64,000 nt of DNA. Source: Lama guanicoe. Lineage: Eukaryota. A program made the position numbers and the translations under genes. Below, piece after piece: positions 38,202-48,600 of this stretch (its first letter is position 1; each line of letters starts with the position of its first letter). The notes beneath the pieces are model-generated. The model did no database searches. It was not told where the DNA came from and saw only the letters and a list, made by a program, of their open reading frames with translations. The stretch covers positions 5,164,399 through 5,228,398 of the forward strand of contig MU053934.1 of the NCBI GenBank assembly GCA_013239625.1. Direction: 5' to 3'.

Positions 38202-39273
38202 AGAACAAAGTTGGAGGAGTCATACTTCCTAATTCCTAAATATATTACAAAGCTACAGTAATCAAAAAAAGTATGGTACTGGCATGAAGACAGCCAAATA
38301 GACCAGTGGAATAGGATAGAAAGCCCAGAAATAAACCCTTGCATATAAGATCAGATGATCTTTGACTAGGGTTTCAAGACCATTCAGTGGGAAACAGAAT
38401 TTTTTCAACATACGGTATTGGGAATACTGGATACCCACTTGTAAAAGAATGAAGATAGACCCTGACCTTACACTGTAAACAACAATTAACTCAAAATGGA
38501 TTAAAGACCTAAGCTTGAGACCTAAAATTATAAAACTAGAAGAAAATATAGGAGAAAAGTTTTATGACACTGGACTTGGCAATGGTTTTTTGGATATGAT
38601 ACCCAAAGCACAGGCAAAAAAGCAAAAACAGACAAATGGAACTACATCAGACTTAAAAAAATTTGTGCATCAAAGGACACAATCATAGAGTAAAAAGAAA
38701 ACATACAGAATGGGAGAAAATATTTGCAAGTCATTTTCTAATAAGAGATTAATATCCAGAATATATAAAGAATTACAACTCAACAACAGAAAAATCAAGT
38801 AACCTGATTAAAAATGGACAAAGGACTTTCATAGACATTTCTCCAAAGATGATATATAAATGGCCTACAAGCGTATGAAAAGATGCTCAACATCACTAAT
38901 CATCAACCACAATGAGATAAATTGTTTCACACCTGTCAGGATGATTACTATTGAGGAAAAAACCCAAAACACCAAAGAGCAGAAAAGAAGTGTTGAGAAG
39001 GATATAGAGAAATTGGAACCTCTGTGCACTATTGGTGGGATTATAAAATGGCATAACTTCTATGGAAAACAGTTTGGCATTTCCTCAAAAAATTTAAAAT
39101 AGAACTACCAAGTGATCCAGCAATCCCCTTTCTGGGTACGTATCCAAAAGAATTGAAAGCAAAGTTTTGAAAGATGTACACACTCATATTCATAGCAGTA
39201 CTTTTCACTCTAGCCAAGAGGTAGAAGCAACCCAAGTGTCCCCGTTGGTGAATGAATGGATAAACAAAATATG

Positions 39274-39328
<55 letters not shown>

Positions 39329-39716
39329 CAATGAGATATTATTCATTCATAAAAAAGAAGGGAACCTACATGGATGAACCTTGAGAAAATTATGTTAAGT
39401 CAAATAAGCCAGTCATAAAAAGATACTGTATGATCCCACTTTTATAATGTATCTAAAGTAGTCAAGTTTATATAGATAGAAAATGTATTTACCAGGGTTT
39501 GGGAGAAGGGAAAAGGGAAGTTGTTTAATGGGTATAGAATTTGAGACTTGCAAGATGAAAAAGATCTGGGGAATCTGTTTTACAATAATGTGAATATATT
39601 TAACACTACTGAACTATATATACACTTAAAAATTGTTAAGATGGTAAGTTTTGTGTTGCATGTATTATACTATAATAAACGGAGAAGAAAAAACACATTG
39701 CAAAAGAAAAAAAAAG
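38202..39716 (+). mobile_element. 5'-truncated L1MA-like element (ORF2 3' part plus 3'UTR)
   Basis: TATTACAAAGCTACAGTAATCAAA...ATGAAAAGATGCTCAACATCACTAATC (MKRCSTSLII)...A tail at ~39702-39716. Confidence 0.9.
39275..39328. repeat. Compound microsatellite (TG)17(TA)10
   Basis: Read directly from the sequence. Confidence 0.95.
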
Positions 39717-41729
39717 ATCGGACAATGTTAAGGACTCCCAGGGCTTTGAGAGAACCTCATGAAAGTGAGGGGTCCTGCAGCTTAAGTGTCATTAGCTTCA
39801 TCCTGAGACATCTGTTTTGAGCATTCTCATTCTGTCCCTCCTTTGAAGTTCAGCTGAGCTGAGCTACATAGTGTCTCCATTTTCTGACTCCTGTCTCTCT
39901 GAGGATGGAACCATACAGTTAAAAATTTATCTTACATTTTCTTGTTAGTCAATGTGTATATGTCTTCTCTCTCAATTATAAGATATTAAGTGTTATCTTC
40001 TTTTGTACTTTATAAATACCCAGGTTAATAGTATTCATCTATTTATTTTTTTGCTTATTCATTTGGTCATTCATTCAGCAAACAGTAATTGAATTCCTTC
40101 TATGTAGTAGATACAGAAATAAGAGCCATATTCCCTGCCCTTAAGAAGCTCATAGTTTAGACAGGAAGCACCAAGTAAATGGGTAACAATAATAATAGAA
40201 TTTGAAGGTGCTACCATAGAGGTATGTACAGGGTCTAAGAAGCACAGAGGACACTGAACTCAAACTGGAGGATCAAGAAAGACTTCCCCCAAATACAAAT
40301 TTGATTTTTGAGGTTTGGTTCTAAAGAATTTGAGAATTTTTTTCAATGTTCCTTAAAAGGTCTGTTAGCATTCTAATTTATAAATGCGTAATAAGAGTGT
40401 AAATGCTAACATTCTCCAAAGATTTTGGATTCTAGTAGCATTAGCGATTACCGTGTCATTTTGGCTACTGTTTCATCTTTTGACTTTGTTGAGGGTAAGA
40501 GTCCTGGAAAAGCTTAGCCCCTACATTTGTATTTTTCTCCTCAGCCTTCCTTGTCACCACTGTTTGGTAATACTGAAGTTGGTGAGACCAGGAAAGCCTT
40601 TGCCTTTCTTATGTTCTCTACATGGCAACTCCTACTCATCCTTTAAGACGTAGTTTAAAATCTCACCTCCCCTGTGAAACCTTTTCTGACTCTTGGCAGT
40701 TAGCTCTTTGTATTCCCATAGCATAACTATCTTACATTTCTATTTGTACCTTAATTATGGCACTTAGCATGCTATATTTTAATTATGGATTTACATGTCT
40801 CTGTCCTTCAAGGTGTTAGAATCCTCTTTGTTAGAATCCTCCTGGGCTTGGTGCTGGCCCAGTATCTGATACATAGTAGATGCTCAGAAAAATGGTTCAT
40901 GACTGCATGAATGAATGGTGAGTTCAGAGTTTAGAGTCTTATTTTTGAAAGAGTTGATTGGCCTTACTGTATTTCATCATAGTCACAGGTTGCTTTCTTA
41001 AGTTATCTTACGATAGAATCACTTCCACCTTCAAAATACATTATGTGCTCTCTTCGCCTCTACCACCTCCATCTGATCCAAGCTATCTTCCCTCACCTAG
41101 AAAGCCACAGTCCCCTTCCAGCTTGTCCCTGCTTCTCCTCTTGGTCCTCTCTGGTATATTCTCCATATAGAAGCCAGGGTGAGCTTTTGAAAATACAACT
41201 TTGATCTTGTCTCTCCTAAAGTGGTTGTAAGACCTCCATGGATTCTTGGAATGCTTACTTTGGTAGGTTTTGGAGGCTTTATCCCACTTTACATACTAAA
41301 ACATTTTAGAAGGTACCCACATCCCATATTAATTATGTGGTTTTATTTATTTATTTTTACTATCATATGTTAAAAGAATTTTAATAGTTTTGCTTTGGAA
41401 ATTCTTTGGCTACAAATAATTGGCTTAATTTGTAATTATCTGAGATTTATTAGTAGTTAACGTATTTAGTATGTTTTACAAAGTGAGGATTGTTTTCAAA
41501 TGTAACAAAAATTTAGAAATGCTAAACTTAATATGAAAGTGCTGGGTGTTATCTTTCAAGGACACTTTAGCATTTATTAATTTTTATGGTTCTAATTTTC
41601 TTTTTGTGTTTTAGATTTGTTAATATGTTTTTCAGGTCCCAAACATTTGCCGAGGCCCTTGAAAAGCTTGTAGATCCTACGTATTAAGTGAAGAGTGAGC
41701 AGTGGATAAAACGGCACTGTTGGCTCTCC

Positions 41730-42155
41730 TGCTTTAAAATTCTTCTGTGACTTTCCACTGTTCTGACAATAAAGTCCTTTCTGTGACCTGCAGGACCCAG
41801 TAGGATCCAACTCCTCCTTGCTCCTTAGGTTTGCCTCACACCTCTCTTCCCTGGTCACATGGCCTGGCCTCCTGATCATCCCTCTTGTTCTTTGAACATT
41901 CAAGCAATTACTTTTCAACTCAGTTTAAATGAATGTCCCTCCTGAGAAAAACCTTCCTGAACCACCTTATCTAAAGTGAGCCTCCTTCAGTTTTTTCCAT
42001 ATCCTGTCAACTCTGTTTCCTTCTCAGTGGTTTCCTTCTCCCATGAGGTTGTTGGCTCCACGTGGACCTACCCTGCCTGGTAGTGCTGTCTCCCTGCCCT
42101 GAGCAGAGTCAGACACATAGAAAGCACATAGTATGTACTTGTTGAACAAATGAAG
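41730..42155 (+). mobile_element. L2 3' fragment
   Basis: Pyrimidine-rich body ending GACACATAGAAAGCACATAGTATGTACTTGTTGAACAAATGAA. Confidence 0.7.
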
Positions 42156-42169
42156 AGTTATGTTAATAG

Positions 42170-43030
42170 ATTTTGTAATTTAACAGTCCTTGCATTGTTG
42201 GTATAAACCATACATAATCATAATGAAATATTTTCTTAAAACTGCTAAATTCTATTTGCTAGTATTTTACTTAGGATTTTTATATCTATCTTCACAAGTG
42301 AAGATTGGTCTGTAGTTTTATTTTTTTGGACCATCTTAGTCCTGACAGGTATCAGGAATATGTTAACCTCAGAGAAGAAATTAGGAAGCTTTCTCTTCTA
42401 TCTTCGTAAATTCAAGAACAATAGGGATAACATGGAAATTATCTACTTGATAGAAGTTTTGTAGAATTCACCCAGAAAACCATTTGTGTCAGATAGTTTT
42501 AGTGGCTAGTTCTTTTAATATCTTACGCATTTCTGCTGTAAGTTATTGTTGCTATTTTTATAACTTTTCTTGAGTTGACCTTGGTAATGTTTATTTTCCT
42601 TGACTATCATCCATTATACTTGATCTTCGGATTTATTGACATAAAGTTACATATAATTCTCTCACAATTTAAAAAAATCCTCTCCAAATCTGTAGTTATA
42701 ATGTCCCCTTTCTCAGCCCTACTGTTAATTTATAACTTCTCTCTTATTTTTAAGTGATCAGGCTTTCCAAAGGATTATCTACTTTTATTTATTTTTTAAA
42801 ACAAAAAGTTTTTGCTTTTATTGATTCAGTTTACTCTTTGACTGTTGCTTTATCTTTGTGATTTTATCACCATTAATTTCTTTTTTGGGTTTGTTAGTCA
42901 TTTTCTAGATTTTTTGAGTTTAAATGTTCAGTACATTATTTTCAGCCCTATTTCCTCATGGAAATATTTTAGTTATACAGTTGCCAGAGGTGCAACTTTG
43001 ATAACACTCAGTTGAGTGTTTAAGTTCTGG
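42170..43030 (-). mobile_element. Old L1 ORF2 fragment
   Basis: TTTGCTAGTATTTTACTTAGGATTTTTATATCTATCTTCACAAGTGAAGATTGGTCTGTAGTTTT is the antisense of the L1 RT region. Confidence 0.7.
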
Positions 43031-44499
43031 TTTATTTATTTAAAAAAGTAAACTCGTTTTTTATTACTTTGTATACTTACCTTGTGATAATATAATTGAA
43101 AAATGCTGTCTAATTGTTAATATGAAAAAAGTGCAATAAATATATCACAGAGTCTCAGATGCCTGGAAATACAGGGGCAATAGTGCGTTTATTGCACTTG
43201 TTTCTTTTAGATGAACAGTTGGACTCATTGCTTTAAGTTTAGAGGTATCTCACGAAAAACAAAACAAAACAAAAGATGCCTAGAGGTTGAGAAAAAATGT
43301 CAATCATATTATTTGAAAATTGAACGAATATTTGTTTTAAAATGTGTTTGTTTCCTGACTTCTCATGCAGTTTATTTAACACTCACATGGTAACACATAT
43401 ACACGTTTGTACAATAATATGCTGCATCGAGAAATGGAGACTTAGCAAAATTCAGTCTTATAAAGAACATGTGTCCATTACAAATTAAAATAAGGCAGCT
43501 GTATAGTCTCCATGCATTTTAACATGTTGAGCATGCTCTCCATAAGGAAGCTTTCCGTAACTCATCTGGAAGGTATTGGAAGGATAAAAATAGATGAAAT
43601 ATTCAAAATTTCCACCCTAGGAGTTTCCTGCTTTTGCCTACATCTCAATTGTCAGTCCAAGTCCTGGCTCCTACTCCGTTCAGGGCTGTGCAAAGACAGT
43701 GGAAGCATTTACGCCATAAATACTCAAGCTGCCAGATCGTCTAGGCATTGGCCTCTGCCGGCCCCGAAACAGCTCCTTTCCTGTTCGTCTATCAGACTGG
43801 AAAAAGCAAAGGGAGACTGAATAAAGACCCAGAAGCCAGGATGACAGACCTGTGGGATTTAGAAGGGTTCATAGGTTCCTTTTCAGGGAATGCTGGCCTT
43901 ACAGAATCCGTCAGTTTCTCTGCTGGCTGGCATGTCGGATTATGCTCGGTCAGCCCAGTTCATTTGGGAGAATCACACTGTGGAATCCGACCTTTTCTAG
44001 TTTATAGAGATAGATGGAGTCTGTTAGTCACAGGGCACTTTTGCCCACTTTCTATCAAATTAGTTACTTTATTTCCTCAAGCAATCCTTGAATAGATGGA
44101 GATGAGTTTCTGGAAACTATGTGACTTTTATTCCTTATGTTCGAGTGGCACATCTCTTCTTGTTCAGCCTAGCACTTCTGAATGGGGATCTGAGTCATTC
44201 ATCCATTCCTTTATTCACCTACTATGTGGGGCTTCATGTGGAGGTTCACACAGCAGTGAAGGAAGGTGTGGTGTTTGTCTTTATACATACCAGGGACGAC
44301 CAACTGTAAGCAAGTTCTTTGGCAAGAAATTGCAGCTATGACCTGTGCTGTGAAGAAGTCATAAAGGATGTATGGGAGCATTGAACAGGAAGGCCTGGTC
44401 TAGACGGGGAGGGTCAAGGGAAAGCTTTCCTGGGGTAATGACTTTTGAGATGGCAAGGATAAGATGAAACAGAACTGCTAAAAGAAAGAAACCGTGTAC

Positions 44500-44975
44500 A
44501 GTTTTAGAGCTGAAAGGAACCAGATATAATCTAGTGATGTCCAGTCCTTACATTCCACAGTGAGAAAACTGAGGCCCCGAAGGTAAAGGGACTTGCCTAA
44601 CCAAGGTTCCACAGCCTGGGCTTGAGATGCAAACCTAGTGTGGTTTTCTTAGCGGGGGTAGAACATAAAGATGCACTTAGTGAGAGGAAGGGACTTAAGG
44701 ATGGGGGAAACCAGGTAGGTTTGAAATGCTGCTTACTCCAGGTCAGCTGCAAGCTACTTCCTCAGATGGGGGAGGGGATTAAAGATGACTCATATCGGCC
44801 AGTTTGCTGTGCTGTAGCCGAGTTTTTATTTGGGGTGGAGGGAAGAGGTACCAAACACACATATACCCAAAATAGTAAATGTGGAGTTCAGTTGGGAAGC
44901 TAGTCACTGTTCTGCATCTGTCTTGCTGTGTGATTTGGGGTAAGTCACTTAACCTCTCTGAGTTTGCATTCACAC
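44500..44975. mobile_element. Two MIR fragments in opposite orientation (~44500-44640 minus, ~44880-44975 plus)
   Basis: GAGAAAACTGAGGCCCCGAAGGTAAAGGGACTTGCC; TGTGTGATTTGGGGTAAGTCACTTAACCTCTCTGAG. Confidence 0.7.
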
Positions 44976-45149
44976 TTTATACTTTGGTATGTTTCCTTTC
45001 AGCCTTTTCCTGTGCGTTTTAGGAGCTTGTTAGAGATCAGTTGCGCCCTGTATTTCACCTTAATCTTTAAAGATGAAAGTCTCTTGTTTGGGTAAGGTGT
45101 TTTTAAAAGCCCCCTTTTAAAGAGCAGTTTGCCAGCCTGTGCTTGCCCA

Positions 45150-45540
45150 GACATCTAGAGGATAACTGTTGCAAGCCAGCCAAGCTCCAGGATCTGCAAG
45201 AATCGTTAGCAACTGAGCATATTTCTATAAACCAATAACGATTTTTATATTTTGTTCATCTGTTACCCTTATGCTGTTGCCACTTTCACATTCAGTGTGT
45301 GTAGGTGGCGAGTATGAGATAACAGCATTTCACAAATGAGAGTGGAAAAGGGCCGCTTTCCCTTTAAGGCAGTTTCATCCCCAGCTCCCTCCCCTTTCCT
45401 GATTGACAAACCTACCCGAAGTCACATGATCCGCCTCTATTTGAAGGTCACAAAAAGCTGCTTCCTTTAGAGACAGAGGGGGAGAGAGAGAGCAAGAGGG
45501 AGAGTGTGAGAGTTAGTTCAAGCCAAAATGGCCGACAGAG
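45150..45540 (+). promoter_or_regulatory. Internal (proximal) TNRC6B promoter
   Basis: Repeat-free, more CpGs than the flanks; GTCACATGA E-box (USF/MiT-TFE type) 45421-45429, CCGCCT GC-box-like 45431, GA tract 45470-45512, YY1-like 45524-45534; no clear TATA box or full CpG island. Confidence 0.65.
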
Positions 45541-45673
45541 TCTCTGCTGGTTTCTGAATATTTAAAATACAAAAAAACAGATAGACAAAAAGAAATCATT
45601 TTTTGGACCTTTTTTCATTTCCATTTCTACCTTGTATGCCTCAATTTGCTGGATTTAAGCACTGCTGCACTTT
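45465..45673 (+). other. TNRC6B: 5'UTR of alternative first exon of canonical TNRC6B (TSS approximate)
   Basis: Repeat-free; GA-rich start, YY1-like CAAAATGGCCG at 45524-45534, ends in ATG AG|GT; TSS cannot be fixed from sequence alone. Confidence 0.75.
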
Positions 45674-45678
45674 ATGAG
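45674..45678 (+). CDS. TNRC6B: Canonical TNRC6B start: ATG AG (M-R of MREKEQE..., ends phase 2)
   Basis: tttATGAG|GTTGGT; phase 2 matches the end of exon 29594-29661, as required for both to splice to one common downstream exon; canonical N-terminus recalled as MREKEQEREEQLM. Confidence 0.82.
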
Positions 45679-48600
45679 GTTGGTAAATATTTTCAATTTT
45701 TAAAAACCAATTGATTTATATGGATCTTGTCTAACCGTGTCACTAGTGCTGTTGCAAATCGACATTTGTCTAGCATGGAGACTGGCTTCAGACATGTCGT
45801 GAATCTGTGTAAATCAGACCCGTGATGTACTTTTGGTTCGGCATTTTAGAAATGGAAAAGCGTTGGTAAAATATTTAATTTTGAAGAGATTTAATTGCAC
45901 TTTTAATTTATATGCAGATTTTCATCATCGTTTCTGTCTTGCAAGTAAGTAAAGCTGCGAGTAGTTGGAAATTTGATATTTAGAAAGAGGTTTTTTAAAA
46001 AACATAGTCCTCTCCCTGCCCCCTTAAATCTGCTGCAAAAATTTGCATAAATATAAATGGGTTTGCATTCTTTCGGCTGCTAAGGCCGACAAAGGATCTG
46101 GGAGGGCAAGCACTACCCCGGGAAAGCCGCTTTTTTTTTTTTTTTTAAATAAAGCTAGGCCATCCTTCCTAGAGAGATGTGAAACCTAAAATAAGACCTG
46201 ATACATTTTAAACATCAGGCTGGGGGCGAGTGAACACCAGGAGGTTTGGGGTTTGTAGATTCCCCTGCTTGAAACCTCCCAGGCAATGTGTGGATCACCC
46301 CTTTCCTCTGCGCGCGCTCATTTGCACTGGGGCTCTGTGTGTGTTCTCAAATGTGCAGCCAGATGCGCTTTTATTTTGATCGTGGTTTGAACTAAACGGT
46401 AGGACAATCTTGTAAACATGGTGTTTTCAAAATATAAACAGCTCTTCGCCCTGGTTAGGAATTAGTTCTTTATCAGTTTCTCCCTGTGGATTGGCCGCCT
46501 TCGTTTCTCATGGATTACAATTTCTGTTTAATTTTACACAGATGAACTGGGCTTTTCAGCACAAATTCAATATCTGTGTGTGTAGTTGCCCACTTCGGCC
46601 ACGTATCCCTTGTGTAGTGGTCATGTAGGGTCACGTAAATAAGTAGCTGTATGTGTATGTATGGTGGTTACCCCGAACCTGTGTGGTGCTCTGAAGTTAA
46701 ATTCCATTACTCCTAATGCAGGATTCTAGAAAGCCTGGGAACAGGGAGGGAAGAAGGCTGAAAACTTGCTTTCTCAGAGCCACCTCCCCCTATCATTGTG
46801 AGAGTGTGATGTAATGCTTCTCGGTCTGGTGGGCTGAAAGGATTGTAGTTTGTGATGTGGCGGGTAAATTGCCCCCACCCCTGGGTAAATTACCCCACCC
46901 CCTCAGCACATCCCTCGCTCAGAGAGGCCTTGTTTTCTTTTCTTTTCTTTTCTCCTAATTTGTATCTTCCTGATTTATGCCTTAGCATATTGACATGAGA
47001 AAGACACTGTTCTTCTAAGTCTGTTACAAAGTATAGTTCAGAAAAGGCATTTTAAATATGCAAATGGGTCGAATTGTCATATCCCCATCATTAAATATGT
47101 AGACTTGGATTAAAGCTAATTAAGCATAAATGGAATAATTTTGATGAGGGAGCAGTGGGGTTTTTTTGTTGTTGTTTCCCTCTTAATTAATCTAATTATA
47201 AGATGCTTGCTGGGCCTGAAAGTGTTAAAAAAATGGAAAAAATGCTGGACCATTTTGAAAATTTGACAGTCTGGAAGAGGGTGTGTAGTGCTTTCAAAAG
47301 CTTTATTCACTGTTAAAATGGATTGGCCTCTTGTGCTGAAAATGGCCTGTTTCTTTGGGCCAATTGTGTGTAGATGAAGGGACTTTCACGCTAATTTAAC
47401 GAAAAGACTTTCATTTGAATACATAAAGATAATTAAAGCCCTCTGTCTCCAAAGAGCAAATATTGTATTATTTTTCTAAAATTAATGTTGTTATTGTATT
47501 AGTGGAAATAAGGAGAGAAGGGACAGTTTAAATTTAGTGTAAATTTTTTGGTGATACAAGTTTAGCTTTTGTATAAGAGGGATTGGAAACTACATTGAAG
47601 AGGTAATCTGGAACAAATTTGTCTCTTTAAAAAATTTTTTACAGCTTGAATTGAAAGGAAAAGACATAGAAATTACCATAGTGATAGGGAGTGTTGCTCT
47701 GTGGTAGACCTAAGGAAAATTAGAGCTCTGATTTTTGTTGTTGTTTTTTCTGAAAATGAAAGCGCTTATTTGGGGCTTTACTTGTTAGATGATTCATTTT
47801 ACGCCCATTTCCTAAGTTGGCCTTGCAGAAAAAGAGTGAGAAAAACCTAAGCTTTCCATGTTTTGCCATTAGCTTGTTTTTGTGGACTGTGTAAACATGT
47901 GAATAGCAGGTTAATTCAGTTTGCAGAGCAGAGAAACCAGAAGCTGGGTGCTTGTTCTCTTAGACAAGAAAGAATGATATAATGAGCATTAACAGAATGC
48001 CATCTGATTCTCTGAAATGTTTTTGTAAATATTCTTCTCTCCTAGACAGGTTGAAAAGTGAGATAAATAAGACCTGGTTTCACGTATGTTAAGCATTATG
48101 GCTCTGGTGAGTTTCAGAAGCTCAGCTGCCATTTTGGATCTAAGTTCTGCAGAGCCAAATCCTTATGGCTCCAAACTATGGTAATTCAGAGGCAAATGAA
48201 AATGAGTAATAAATCAAGTGTGCAGATGGATAGTATTTAATTTGTGCCTTTGGTTGAAGTTTTCTTTCTGTTGGTAGTGTGAAATGAAGCTTTAAAAACT
48301 TCAGTGATGTGGCTGATGTTATGAAGAGCAAAACCCAGGGATATTAGAACTTGCGTGTTGGGGTTTTTAAAAATGAGACCGCTTATGCAGAAGTTTCTTA
48401 CCGGAGAAAGTTAATATAATCCTTACCAAAGTTTCCCCACCCCCAATCCATATTTCCTTATGCTGGGTCTAGTTGTGATAATACAGTAATGTCATTAATC
48501 ACAGTGCTACCCTGTCTCAGAAAGAAATGTCACAGATTCATTATTAAGACTTTGCTGAAACATCACAAAAATTGAGAGTGCCTGTCTATCAGAAGTGGTA

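Larger units (their letters stand above)
37185..39810. mobile_element. hAT-Tip100 (Zaphod-like) relic split by a SINE and an L1 (own sequence ~37185-38200 and ~39720-39810)
   Basis: End motif GGGGTCCTGCAGCTTAAGTGTCATTAGCTTCA and start GTGCCCTTTAAGAAAAAG...AAATTAGGTACAAAAGTGAATATTTATTT resemble Zaphod/MER115 from memory. Confidence 0.5.

Noticed and set aside
40814..40841. Short duplication TGTTAGAATCCTC x2
   Set aside because: Ordinary local slippage inside an L2 relic.
45150..46700. Classical CpG island
   Set aside because: CpGs are enriched relative to the flanks, but the region is AT-rich overall and does not look like a full island by eye.
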